A DNA stretch of 64,000 nucleotides from Macrostomum hystrix (GCA_950097015.1 CATNEN010000041.1:744001-808000); one strand, 5' to 3'. Positions 25,274 to 37,800 are shown, counted from the first letter of the stretch. The notes: generated from the sequence alone by a model not told the origin. Program-made: numbers and translations.

Positions 25274-27096
25274 TGTTCTGGTTAAAATAACCAATTTATT
25301 GACAATCAATAACTAATTCACTAATTGGCCAACTAGCTGCGTTGTGGGTCTGGACTCTGGGTTCTGGGGTGCCAAAAAAGCTGAATTTGGACTGGAAGCC
25401 TAGACAATTTAAAATGGAAATCCCCGGCCTATCACTTGTTGTGTGTTGTACTCGTTCAACCATCGAATAAAGACCTATACTGGGCTAGTGGAATGAGAGA
25501 ACGAATGGATCGATTTTTTAGCCTATGTACAAATGTACATCTCCGTTGCAGCGGTCTTCTAGTTAGTGGGCCGAGGCCAAGTCCATCCGCTGGCTCCTCG
25601 CCTCTTTTCTCACCCTCACGCTAAGTACATGGCCAGCCCTTGCCAAGCCTGCGCCCTGCCCCGGGCCCGGGGAAGAGGTAAACGTTCTTTTGGCGGCCAC
25701 AGCTCAGGGCATGAGGTGGGGCCCCCAAGGCGGCGCCCCGCAAACCCGCATTTAGGGGCGTTTCACTTCTCCCCAAATTTAGCGGGTATGTGTAGGGATC
25801 GCAAAATCCCGGACTTTCGCGAATTTGGTCAATCCCGGGATCAGAAAAAAACCTGATTTTGAAGCTCTGGAATTGGAATTGGAAAATGCACGCCCATAGT
25901 AGTTATTCTTTCAAGAAGCACTAAAATCTGATGCCGTTTTGATATTTTATGTACTTATAAACTAAAGTCTAGAAGTATTATTTTCGTGTCTAACACACGA
26001 GCGTAAATTGCCAACTGGCTAGTTTGCAAATATTGTCTTTAAATTGGTCTTTTTTGCCGCAATTTTCAAGGAGTCAAGGACATCGAAATTGCTAAGCATT
26101 TATTTTTCGACCTTCTAGGAATCTAGGCTGTATGGACTCTGAGTTCTGGCGGTTATTCACAGTTTCGCTATCATTCATCGATAATTAAGAGACAAACCGT
26201 GTTTCAATGGATTCGCAGTTCGCACGCGTTAAATAAATAAATATTTATATCTATATTCACACATAAAAGTGCACAAATCACAAGTCAAAACACAATTAAA
26301 GTGAAATAATAATCATATAAGTTATTCCCGAGATGCGAGACGACGAGTCACGACTCACGAGATATCAATTTGAATTACATAAAACGCTCGAATATTCTTT
26401 TTTTCACTGCCATTGATATAAAATAAATACTTTAATATAAAAAAGTCGCAACTTCGCAAGACTACAACTAACAATGCTCACAAGAATACATAAGTCAAGA
26501 TCAAGAATCAATTTCAAGAATAAATAATTCAAAAGTTGGTATTGTGGAATCGGCGAATCGGGGATCAGGATTCAGGAATCGAGATTTTATATTTTTTAAT
26601 TTTTAGTTAGCGTTAGTAACGCTGCATTGGTGACACTGAATGCAGTATTAGCAGCAAAAAAACACAACCTAATATAGACATCATATTATTGTTAAGGTGT
26701 AAAAGTGGCCCATTTTCTTTCCTTTTTTTGTTTTAACAATATGGTTCCGAGATTTGAAATTTAGGGATTCAGTATTGCGATCTCAAGGTAAGTGCAATTC
26801 ACTGCGCGTCCCGGCCGGGGGCCGATCAGCCGTGAATTCCTCAGTTTTGTCCTAGCATAACAAACAGTTGTATATTTTTCGTAATTCGTCAGGTGTTGCA
26901 ACAAAACTTGCATTAGTTTCTTGCTAATTTTTTATTACATTTTTAGGACATAGTAAAAAACATTGTAAATTTAATTACAGCATAAAAAAAGAATATTTAC
27001 TGTTTAAACTAAAGTATAGTAGTAATTGAAACGCCTTCAAAGGATCGTAGTGAGAGAATTTTCATTTTGTTTTTATGCCAATATGTTAGTACAATT

Positions 27097-30000
27097 CACT
27101 GAGGGGTTCGAAGAGTAGCTCACTGAGGGGTTGGGTGAGTAGCTCACTGAGGGGTTGGGTGAGTAGCTCACTGAGGGGTTGGGTGAGTAGCTCACTGAGG
27201 GGTTGGGTGAGTAGCTCACTGAAGGGGTTGGGTGAGTAGCTCACTGAGGGGGTTGGGTGAGTAGCTCACTGAGGGGTTGGGTGAGTAGCTCACTAATGGA
27301 TCGAGTGAGCAGCTCACTCAGGGGTTGGGTGAGTAGCTCACTGAGAGGTTGGGTGAGTAGCTCACTGAGAGGTTGGGTGAGTAGCTCACTGAGGGGTTGG
27401 GTGAGTAGCTCACTGAAGGGGTTGGGTGAGTAGCTCACTGAAGGGGTTGGGTGAGTAGCTCACTGAGAGGTTGGGTGAGTAGCTCACTGAGGGGTTGGGT
27501 GAGTAGCTCACTGAGGGGTTGGGTGAGTAGCTCACTGAAGGGGTTGGGTGAGTAGCTCACTGAAGGGGTTGGGTGAGTAGCTCACTAATGGATCGAGTGA
27601 GCAGCTCACTGAAGGGGTTGGGTGAGTAGCTCACTGAAGGGGTTGGGTGAGTAGCTCACTGAAGGGGTTGGGTGAGTAGCTCACTGAGGGGTTGGGTGAG
27701 TAGCTCACTGAGGGGTTGGGTGAGTAGCTCACTGAAGGGGTTGGGTGAGTAGCTCACTCAGGGGTTGGGTGAGTAGCTCACTGAAGGGGTTGGGTGAGTA
27801 GCTCACTGAAGGGGTTGGGTGAGTAGCTCACTGAGGGGTTGGGTGAGTAGCTCACTGAGGGGTTGGGTGAGTAGCTCACTGAAGGGGTTGGGTGAGTAGC
27901 TCACTGAAGGGGTTGGGTGAGTAGCTCACTGAAGGGGTTGGGTGAGTAGCTCACTGAGGGGTTGGGTGAGTAGCTCACTGAAGGGGTTGGGTGAGTAGCT
28001 CACTAATGGATCGAGTGAGCAGCTCACTCAGGGGTTGGGTGAGTAGCTCAATGAGAGGTTGGGTGAGTAGCTCACTGAGAGGTTGGGTGAGTAGCTCACT
28101 GAGAGGTAGGGTGAGTAGCTCACTGAGAGGTTGGGTGAGTAGCTCACTGAGAGGTTGGGTGAGTAGCTCACTGAGAGGTTGGGTGAGTAGCTCACTAATG
28201 GATCGAGTGAGCAGCTCACTGAAGGGGTTGGGTGAGTAGCTCACTGAAGGGGTTGGGTGAGTAGCTCACTGAAGGGGTTGGGTGAGTAGCTCACTGAGGG
28301 GTTGGGTGAGTAGCTCACTGAGGGGTTGGGTGAGTAGCTCACTGAAGGGGTTGGGTGAGTAGCTCACTCAGGGGTTGGGTGAGTAGCTCACTGAAGGGGT
28401 TGGGTGAGTAGCTCACTGAAGGGGTTGGGTGAGTAGCTCACTGAGGGGTTGGGTGAGTAGCTCACTGAGGGGTTGGGTGAGTAGCTCACTGAAGGGGTTG
28501 GGTGAGTAGCTCACTGAAGGGGTTGGGTGAGTAGCTCACTGAAGGGGTTGGGTGAGTAGCTCACTGAGGGGTTGGGTGAGTAGCTCACTGAAGGGGTTGG
28601 GTGAGTAGCTCACTAATGGATCGAGTGAGCAGCTCACTCAGGGGTTGGGTGAGTAGCTCAATGAGAGGTTGGGTGAGTAGCTCACTGAGAGGTTGGGTGA
28701 GTAGCTCACTGAGAGGTAGGGTGAGTAGCTCACTGAGAGGTTGGGTGAGTAGCTCACTGAGAGGTTGGGTGAGTAGCTCACTGAGAGGTTGGGTGAGTAG
28801 CTCACTGAGGGGTTGGGTGAGTAGCTCACTGAAGGGGTTGGGTGAGTAGCTCACTGAAGGGGTTGGGTGAGTAGCTCACTAATGGATCGAGTGAGCAGCT
28901 CACTCAGGGGTTGGGTGAGTAGCTCACTAATGGATCGAGTGAGCAGCTCACTCAGGGGTTGGGTGAGTAGCTCACTGAGAGGTAGGGTGAGTAGCTCACT
29001 GAGAGGTTGGGTGAGTAGCTCACTGAGAGGTTGGGTGAGTAGCTCACTGAGAGGTTGGGTGAGTAGCTCACTGAGAGGTTGGGTGAGTAGCTCACTGAGG
29101 GGTTGGGTGAGTAGCTCACTGAAGGGGTTGGGTGAGTAGCTCACTGAGAGGTTGGGTGAGTAGCTCACTGAGGGGTTGGGTGAGTAGCTCACTGAAGGGG
29201 TTGGGTGAGTAGCTCACTGAGAGGTTGGGTGAGTAGCTCACTGAGAGGTTGGGTGAGTAGCTCACTGAGGGGTTGGGTGAGTAGCTCACTGAAGGGGTTG
29301 GGTGAGTAGCTCACTGAAGGGGTTGGGTGAGTAGCTCACTAATGGATCGAGTGAGCAGCTCACTCAGGGGTTGGGTGAGTAGCTCACTGAGAGGTTGGGT
29401 GAGTAGCTCACTGAGAGGTTGGGTGAGTAGCTCACTGAGGGGTTGGGTGAGTAGCTCACTGAAGGGGTTGGGTGAGTAACTCACTGAGGGGTTGGGTGAG
29501 TAGCTCACTGAAGGGGTTGGGTGAGTAGCTCACTGAGAGGTTGGGTGAGTAGCTCACTGAGAGGTTGGGTGAGTAGCTCACTGAAGGGGTTGGGTGAGTA
29601 GCTCACTGAGGGGTTGGGTGAGTAGCTCACTGAGAGGTTGGGTGAGTAGCTCACTGAGGGGTTAGGTGAGTAGCTCACTGAGGGGTTGGGTGAGTCGCTC
29701 TCTGAGAGGTTGGGTGAGTAGCTCACTGAGGGGTTGGGGTTAGTAGCTCACTGAGAGGTTGGGTGAGTAGCTCACTGAGAGGTAGGGTGAGTAGCTCACT
29801 GAGGGGTTGGGGTTAGTAGCTCACTGAGAGGTTGGGTGAGTAGCTCACTGAGGGGTTGGGTGAGTAGCTCACTGAGGGGTTGGGTGAGTCGCTCTCTGAG
29901 AGGTTGGGTGAGTAGCTCACTGAAGGGGTTGGGTGAGTCGCTCTCTGAGAGGTTGGGTGAGTAGCTCACTGAAGGGGTTGGGTGAGTCGCTCTCTGAGAG

Positions 30001-30560
30001 GTTGGGTGAGTAGCTCACTGAGAGGTTGGGTGAGTAGCTCACTGAGGGGTTGGGTGAGTCGCTCTCTGAGAGGTTGGGTGAGTAGCTCACTGAGAGGTAG
30101 GGTGAGTAGCTCACTGAGGGGTTGGGGTTAGTAGCTCACTGAGAGGTTGGGTGAGTAGCTCACTGAGGGGTTGGGTGAGTAGCTCACTGAGGGGTTGGGT
30201 GAGTCGCTCTCTGAGAGGTTGGGTGAGTAGCTCACTGAGGGGTTGGGGTTAGTAGCTCACTGAGAGGTTGGGTGAGTAGCTCACTGAGAGGTAGGGTGAG
30301 TAGCTCACTGAGGGGTTGGGGTTAGTAGCTCACTGAGAGGTTGGGTGAGTAGCTCACTGAGGGGTTGGGGTTAGTAGCTCACTGAGAGGTTGGGTGAGTA
30401 GCTCAATGAGGGGTTGAGTGAGTAGCTCAGTGAAGGGGTGGGTGAGTAGCTCAATGAGGGGTTGAGTGAGTAGCTCAGTGAAGGATTATGTGAGTAGCTC
30501 ACTGAGAGGTTGGGTGAGTAGCTCACTACTGGATCGAGTGAGCGGCTCACTCAGGGGTTG
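27097..30560. repeat. Large minisatellite, 25-26-bp unit GGGTTGGGTGAGTAGCTCACTGA(A)G(G/A), about 135 copies, with a 610-bp higher-order duplication
   Basis: Direct; near-identical blocks offset by 610 bp (ORFs 27975-28244 and 28585-28854); recurrent variant AATGGATCGAGTGAGCAGCTCACT. Confidence 0.95.
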
Positions 30561-30605
30561 GTGAATAAAAGAAATTATATAAAAAATTTTACCCAAATAA
30601 TTCTT

Positions 30606-31334
30606 TTACACTTTTTGAAAGGCCAGGCAGATAGTTTTTTGTGCATTTTGGACCTGCCGGAAGCCATAGCTCATGAGCTTCTTGACTGATCGAATGTTGT
30701 TATCGATCACAAAGATCCTGCTGCCCTCGTCCCGAAGCAGCTGTGGCAGTCGTCCGGTGACCAATTCTAGCAACAATTTCACCTCAGCGAAGCTCAGAAT
30801 GATGAAGTCGAACTTTTCATTTCTTGACAGCGAGTTGATGTGCTCTTCAATGCTTCGATGAAAGCGAAATCGATAGACGAAGCGGTTGCCGGATTTCTGC
30901 AAGGCAATATCGTTCTGCGCCGTTTTGAATGCATCCGTTGACCAATGGTGCAAGTCGACGCCGGTGCAATCGACATCCAGCTCAGGCAGGTCTGCTGATG
31001 ACCTGCTGGCGGATTGAAACACCAGCATGGCTGCCAGCATGTCGCTGCCAGGACCGCAGCCGAGCGACAAAACTCTGAACCGTGTTCTACCTGTTAACTT
31101 GGCAGTTGAGACGATGGCAGGCCTCATCTCCCTGCCGATGAGGCTCTGAACCAGCTTTTTCTTTTTTTGCAGCTCATGGCTTGTGTAATCTTTGCGGAAC
31201 ACTCGGCTTTGCCAGAACTCCAGGTTTCCTTTGTTCTTGGAGACTTCCCATTTCAGAAAGATCTCAGACTTATCCAACATTGTATCTAAGACCCGTAATG
31301 TCGAGCTTGAGTGTGTGGAGTGAGTTGTTCTCAT
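30606..31334 (-). CDS. MT2: class I SAM-dependent methyltransferase-like protein (start uncertain: 31334 or 31280)
   Basis: VLSLGCGPGSDML, CTGVD, FDFIILSFAEVKL, IFVIDN; N-terminal KGNLEFWQSRVFRKDYT matches MT1 KGNLGFYQSSEFRASYT. Confidence 0.78.
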   Translation of the reverse strand: MRTTHSTHSSSTLRVLDTMLDKSEIFLKWEVSKNKGNLEFWQSRVFRKDYTSHELQKKKKLVQSLIGREMRPAIVSTAKLTGRTRFRVLSLGCGPGSDMLAAMLVFQSASRSSADLPELDVDCTGVDLHHWSTDAFKTAQNDIALQKSGNRFVYRFRFHRSIEEHINSLSRNEKFDFIILSFAEVKLLLELVTGRLPQLLRDEGSRIFVIDNNIRSVKKLMSYGFRQVQNAQKTICLAFQKV

Positions 31335-31840
31335 GCCAGGACATGTTCTCCGACAATAAAAGGACAGAAAGTAACGAATTTTCCGCGGCAATGCCGGCAA
31401 CGCCACCCCAAAGGTTATTTTTAGCATCTGCTTACGTTGCTGTGGTAGCATCCGTGATTTTCCACTTCTCTGGTGAAGTAAATCTGCCCATTTATTCTGC
31501 CAAGTAAATCTGCCAAGTGGCATTAATTATTATTTTTATTTTGTCTATTTATATGAAATTGTTTATTTATATTAAAGTTTAAAAAAATACTCAAATACTC
31601 AAAAACTCAGACAAAACTGGAAAAACATAACGGCAATATCATTGTTTGTTCTTAGGGATTGTTTTTAGAAAAAGCATCTGGATAAATATTAGAATAAATA
31701 TGCTTGTTTTAGTGAGGCATATCGTCTCAACTGAATAAGCATTTCAGAAAAAAAACTTTTAACCATAAATATTAGAAAAAAACGACTGGATAAACACTTT
31801 TAAAGTACATAAATAAAGGTTATTATTTTAAGCGGCATCG

Positions 31841-32803
31841 CTAATATGGTTTAAAAAGAGTCCTACAGGAATTATTACAACATGAAGGGTCTCTAACTAA
31901 AAATATGGGAGCTTTTTCAACGCGGGGCTCGGATTCAAAATAACAGTGATTCCTAGTGAGTTCATTTCTGAGCATAGAAAACACATTATCGATGACGAAG
32001 ATGCTGCCTGGGTCGCTGAGAATCTTCGGCACGGCCTCCCTCAGCAGCCGCAGCTTTTGCATGGCCCCGGCGTAGCAGCACACCACCAGGTCGAATGTCT
32101 CCCGAGTTGCAACGCAGTGATTCACGAACTCAGTACAGTCGGCCTGATGTGTTCTCCAATAGGCTGCGAAATCGGGACTGGAGGCCTCCAGTGTGTCTTT
32201 GAACACTCTGTCGAGCTCGCTGTAGTCCCAGTGCTGCTTGTCGACTCCGACCAACTCCAGCGTGAGTGGCCAGCCGTCTGACAGATCTCTAAAGGCCCAG
32301 ACGACAGCCAGCAGGTCTGTGCCGGGCCCGCAGCCAAGAGACAGGACGCGCAGAGGCCGGAGACTCGTTGGAGTCTTGTTCTCAAGGGCTAAGAAACGCT
32401 GTAAGAGTTCTCCGACTCGAGGCTTGATCGTTTCGCAAACCAATTGCGCTCTCGGAATTAGTTTCGCTGCGGTGTACTCAGCTCGAAACTTCGAATTCTC
32501 ATAATATTCGTCCTTGTGTTTGTCCTTAGCGGTTTTCCACTGGGTGTACGAGTATTCAGCAGTGGCCTCCGATTTCCCGTTGAGGGGAAGGGCTTCGGCT
32601 TCTTCTAGTGGAAGCTCCTGAGCGTCCTTTGGCTGCACTGCGGCTCTGGTCAGAGGCGGTTGCCACGCGCTCAGTGCGAGCGTGCCATTAGTTGCAGAGC
32701 CTTCGCAGGTTAAATCCTTATTCTGCCAGGCCTGCGTCATGGCTTCTTCAGGAAGAGTTCTCTTTTCAATTGTGTTTTGCTCGTTCATTTCTCTCGTTTC
32801 CAT
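31841..32803 (-). CDS. MT3: class I SAM-dependent methyltransferase-like protein, 320 aa, single exon
   Basis: VLSLGCGPGTDLL, LVGVD, FDLVVCCY, IFVIDN; uninterrupted ORF with an upstream TATA box. Confidence 0.8.
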   Translation of the reverse strand: METREMNEQNTIEKRTLPEEAMTQAWQNKDLTCEGSATNGTLALSAWQPPLTRAAVQPKDAQELPLEEAEALPLNGKSEATAEYSYTQWKTAKDKHKDEYYENSKFRAEYTAAKLIPRAQLVCETIKPRVGELLQRFLALENKTPTSLRPLRVLSLGCGPGTDLLAVVWAFRDLSDGWPLTLELVGVDKQHWDYSELDRVFKDTLEASSPDFAAYWRTHQADCTEFVNHCVATRETFDLVVCCYAGAMQKLRLLREAVPKILSDPGSIFVIDNVFSMLRNELTRNHCYFESEPRVEKAPIFLVRDPSCCNNSCRTLFKPY

Positions 32804-32846
32804 TTTACTGCTCTCTGAATAAACGTTGCTGTCAGAAGGTGGGGAC

Positions 32847-32854
32847 TATTTATA
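32847..32854 (-). promoter_or_regulatory. Putative TATA box (TATAAATA) of MT3
   Basis: Minus-strand TATAAATA 44 nt upstream of the ATG, with an initiator-like TTATTCAG about 25-30 nt downstream. Confidence 0.45.
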
Positions 32855-33404
32855 CTTAAACTGGAGCGGCATTACACTGTTCTTGGAATATCCAACAGAA
32901 TGTACATAAAAATGATGTACTCGGGGTTAATTTTAGTTAGTCTCCGTCCGGACAATCTGTGACTCACAACCAGAGCACTACGTTTGTACGTTTCAGAGTT
33001 AAAGCTTTTGTCTCGAGAGCAGGTACAATGCAGGAATTCTAGGGGGAGGGGTGCTGGGGTTGGCGGGACAACTCATGGCTCTGCCATGGTGCAGCCGGGA
33101 AAATTGCTTGTTCCAGTCGCTGGGGGACTTAACCGGAATCAACAACAAAAGCAACAAAAATCAACAACAACAAGAAACTTTATCAACAAGGGGAAGGGGT
33201 AAAACTTACTCAGGCGTTTCACCCCCCCACCTGGACCGTACTCAAGAGGTTTGGCTCAGACCACTAGCCAATTATCATCCCAAATGGACACAACGCGGAA
33301 CGCAAGCCCGACCAACACCGCTTCACCTGGAAATGGAAGACAGTGGACTGGCCAAGCTGCCGCATTCACGTTGAGCTGCCAAGCAAAGTCAGCAAGTCAA
33401 CCAT

Positions 33405-34256
33405 TCATGTATCAGCAGCCGGGGCAGCTGCAACTGCCCATGTCGGTGACAGTATCTGACTATCCATGTATCAGCAGCCGGGGCAGCTGCAACTGCCCAT
33501 GTCGGTGACAGTATCTGACTATCCATGTGTCAGCAGCCGAGGCAGCTGCAACTGCCCATGTCGGTGACAGTATCTGTCTATGCATGTATCAGCAGCCGGG
33601 GCAGCTGCAACTGCCCATGTCGGTGACAGTATCTGACTATCCATGTATCAGCAGCCGGGGCAGCTGCAACTGCCCATGTCGGTGACAGTATCTGACTATC
33701 CATGTGTCAGCAGCCGAGGCAGCTGCAACTGCCCATGTCGGTGACAGTATCTGTCTATGCATGTATCAGCAGCCGGGGCAGCTGCAACTGCCCATGTCGG
33801 TGACAGTATCTGACTATCCATGTATCAGCAGCCGGGGCAGCTGCAACTGCCCATGTCGGTGACAGTATCTGACTATCCATGTGTCAGCAGCCGAGGCAGC
33901 TGCAACTGCCCATGTCGGTGACAGTATCTGACTATCCATGTGTCAGCAGCCGAGGCAGCTGCAACTGCCCATGTCGGTGACAGTATCTGACTATCCATGT
34001 ATCAGCAGCCGGGGCAGCTGCAACTGCCCATGTCGGTGACAGTATCTGACTATCCATGTGTCAGCAGCCGAGGCAGCTGCAACTGCCCATGTCGGTGACA
34101 GTATCTGACTATCCATGTATCAGCAGCCGGGGCAGCTGCAACTGCCCATGTCGGTGACAGTATCTGACTATCCATGTATCAGCAGCCGGGGCAGCTGCAA
34201 CTGCCCATGTCGGTGACAGTATCTGTCTATCCATGTATCAGCAGCCGGGGCAGCTG
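33405..34256. repeat. Minisatellite, 59-bp unit containing hairpin GGGCAG-CTGCAA-CTGCCC, about 14 copies
   Basis: 59-bp period; no spacers. Confidence 0.95.
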
Positions 34257-34653
34257 TTCAGTGGGATAGCCAATCTTCGAACGATCGATTTTAAATATTG
34301 AAAAAAATCGCAAGACCGACTAAAGAACACTTTTAATTTTAAGACAGCAAGTCATGAGTATCTCGTGTTTTTGTGATAAGTTCCAATCACACATAATCAC
34401 ACATTGTGATTAGAATGTGTGATTACGCATTAACAAATTAGGTTTGGTTTGGTTAACAAATTAATCAATTAATAGTTTACAAGACTAAACTATGGAAAAT
34501 TTAGCAGGACTAAAAGTTTGTTGCATAATTTGCGAGAAAGATGGGTCTCTTTGCAGTGGGCCAGCTAGACACAAAGTAAAGCAAGTCAAATGTGAGCCCA
34601 TATTCCAGATCAGCGCAGTAGTTGTCGATGACGAAGATGCTGCCTGGGTCGCT

Positions 34654-34665
34654 GAGAATCTCCGG
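34654..34665 (+). repeat. Left target-site duplication GAGAATCTCCGG
   Basis: Identical 12-mer at 38712-38723; single near-identical copy (GAGAATCTTCGG) at the empty site in MT3. Confidence 0.92.
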
Positions 34666-34736
34666 GCTTCCTCAAGTGGCCCAGCCTTCACGAGGCGGGA
34701 AGCGGACGGGGCATCAGCCCTGGCAAAAAGGACCAC
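34666..34736 (+). ncRNA. HDV-like self-cleaving ribozyme at the LINE 5' end
   Basis: P1 GCUUCCU/GGGAAGC; P2 GUGGCCC/GGACCAC (one mismatch); P3 GCC/GGC; L3 UUCACGA; P1.1 UC/GG; P4 CGGGGC-AUCA-GCCCUG; J4/2 GCAAAAA with catalytic-position C34724; G1 is the first nt after the TSD. Confidence 0.85.
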
Positions 34737-34896
34737 AACAACAGAAGGGAGATGGAAGGAGGGAGTGGGCGCAGGCCCACCCCGAATCACCAACCCTTTT
34801 TGGCAACGACGACAGGAAGTAGCCGACCCTGGCGTCGATAAAACTAAGGCCAACCAACCCTGGAGAAGAGGAGGAGAGCGGAGGACGGAGGGAGCA

Positions 34897-37800
34897 ATGT
34901 GCAACGACGACGAGAGACGGGCAGCAGGAGAAATTAAATGGAGACTGGCGACAATCGAAAAGAACCCGGGACCTAAAACGGTGCAAGAGAGAAAAGCGAG
35001 ACAGATTAGACGCAAAAAGAGGAGAGAGAGAAGGAGGACCAGACGGAAAATCACAAGGAGAAACTGGGCCGGACAAGAAAATTTTCGAATATCGACCTGG
35101 AATGTACGAAGGGCCAACATATACGACAGTCGTTTCGGGGAAATAATAAAGAAGACCATCATGGAAGGATGGCAGATCACTATGATCACCGAACTTAACG
35201 CCCGAAGCGAAGGGATAAAGACATACCACCACGGCGATAAACAAGTAAGCCTGATCCATACAAAAAAGGTGGGCATCCTATTGGACGAAGACACAGCGAA
35301 GCTGTGGAACGACTCGGGGAGATATGTGAAATTCGCAGACAGAGCAATCTTCGTTAGAATCTATGACATGAGCCTGATAAGCGTGTATTACCCAGTGCAA
35401 GGCAGCAGCACATACCATGCAGAATTAAATAACCTCTGCTTCGAGATAGAGAAATACATACACATCGAAGCGAAGAACAAGCCGCTATTGATAGGAGGAG
35501 ACTTTAATGCCCAGATAGGGCGATCACCCGAGGCAAACGGGCAACACAGGGGGAAGTTTGGCCTCCCGCAAACAAACAAACAAGGTGAGGACTTGATAAA
35601 CTGGGTAACGGAGAATGAGTTGACTTGGCTGAATTCGTTCTGTAATGCAAAGAGGCGCGGAACCTGGAGGAACCCGTCCAACCACAGGTGGTACGAGCTG
35701 GACGGCTTCATCACCAGATCGAAGGACAGAACCCGACTGATCAAATCAATCAAACTACATCAAATTGGGGACCTCTCAGACCACGCCCCCAGAACGGTCA
35801 TACTCAAAAAACTTCTTCTACAGCCAGAGACCGAGGAAGAGCGCGCAAACAGACACAAGGCAAAGAAGAAGAAACGCGCAAACATCGACTGGCAAGTCCT
35901 CCACTCCCAGGAGAAGAGAGAACAACTCCAAGATGTGATGACGAAACGCTACACAGAATCGACCGGTAAGACCTGGAAAGAAACAGCAAGGATCATAGTT
36001 GAAAGTGCTAAAGAGGTGTGTGGAACAAAAACCAAGCAAACAAATCCATGGATGATCGGGCACGAGGAAGAGTGCCAGGAGAACAACCGCGAACTAGCGG
36101 AAGCCCTGCACAGACGCAACGCGGCCAAAGAAGTCCAACCAGACAACCTAAGAAGACAAGCCCTAGAACTCGCAAAACGGACCGTACAGGAGGTTAGAAA
36201 AAGACACAAAGCAAACCTACGGAAATGGGAAGAAGAATGGTGGGACAAGCTGGCGGACGAGTGCAGAGAAGCAGCGGACCTAGGGAAAATAGGACTAGTC
36301 TATCAGAAACTAAGAATACTAGACCACAGAGGCAGCACCAACAACTGTCAGACGGACACCATATTCAGCGAAAAAGAATTTAAGGAACACATGGAAAAGG
36401 TGTCAGGTACGCGCTTTGAGAACGACCCGCAGACAATGATGGAACTGCTGAAATCGATCAAGGTGAGAAAACCAATTAACGGCGACATGACGTTGACCGA
36501 GTTAACCGCACCGATCACGGACGCGGAGATCGACAGGACAATGATGGAGATGACGGACAAGGCCCCGGGGGAAGACGAAATAAGGATAAACTACCTCAAG
36601 TACGCGCCCACGGACATCCGGGCAGCGACACGGGAACACATAAGGTACCTATATCATCACCCAGCAACCGAATGGGAAGACGAAGAGAAGTTAGGGATAG
36701 TCATACCACTTTTCAAGAAGGGCGACCGCCGGGACCCAGCGAACTACCGAGGGATCTGCCTATTACCAATGCTGAGCCGCATACTGGCCCGCATACTGGC
36801 CCGCATACTGGCGAAAAGAATCCGAAACTGGGCGGAAGCCCAAGAACTGTTTGATGACAACCAGTGTGGCTTCAGACAAGGCCGGTCCACAGCGGACAGT
36901 GCCCAGATTTTTGTCAGGCTACACGAGGATATCCGCGAGTATCTAGCGGCCAAGGAAGGAGCGATGGACCAGAACATGGAACATGAAAACATCGCAATAC
37001 TGCTGGACATCCAGAAGGCGTACCCGAGGATCTGCAAACCGCTTCTGTGGGAGATGCTAAGACGCCTGAAGATGCCAGACGCCATAATCAAGAAGCTACA
37101 AGACCTCCATGAAGAAACAGCTTACAAAGTACAAGGAAGACAAGCGACGAGCGAGGCATGGTACCCGGAGAGAGGATTAAGGGAGGGCTGCCCGACCTCA
37201 CCAGTCCTATTTAACATCTACCATCAGATATGTATCCGGAGAGCGGAAGAGATGCGGAGGGAAGCGGCGGAGGCGAAAAACACACCATGCGGAATCGCAT
37301 GGGCCTACCCTGTGGGAAACGCACTACCACCCCAACGCACAAATCAATTCAACTCCGAGATGAAACTACATCATTTCCAAACGTCCCTGTTCGCGGACGA
37401 TACTACCCTGATAGGAAATCGCGACGAACTAAGGGAAGGCCTGGAGATCACAAAAAGATGTATGTTAGATTTTGAGGAGAAGACGAACGACGCTAAGGAG
37501 GAGATCATGAGACTGGGAACGGAGGAAGGCGGCAACATCAGAATGTTAGGCAGCTGGACGGACAGGAAACGCGACATGAAAGAACGGACTCAGAGAGCCA
37601 TGAAGAGTTGGCAAGCAATCAAGAAACGGTTCTGCAGATGCAAACTGACCAAGAAAACGCAAGCCAAAGTGGTAGAGGCATGTATTGAGAGTGTGCTTCT
37701 CTTCCACGCAAACGTGCGCCCGTTCCACATTTCGGAGATGAAAGCGCTGCAAAGGAGCGTAGATAAGATATACCGCTACATATGGAGCGCAAAGGAAATG

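Noticed and set aside
25620-26900. Possible MITE or DNA-transposon relic (GC-rich ends around an AT-rich core)
   Set aside because: I could not identify terminal inverted repeats or a TSD
24566-32803. MT genes as DNA methyltransferases (Dam/Dcm/N4C type)
   Set aside because: No DPPY/NPPY/SPPY or PC catalytic motif; substrate left unassigned
34492-34665. First 58 aa of the 1387-aa ORF as part of the retrotransposon protein
   Set aside because: They lie outside the TSD and are the antisense of MT4's 3' end; in-frame by chance, and ribozyme cleavage would separate them
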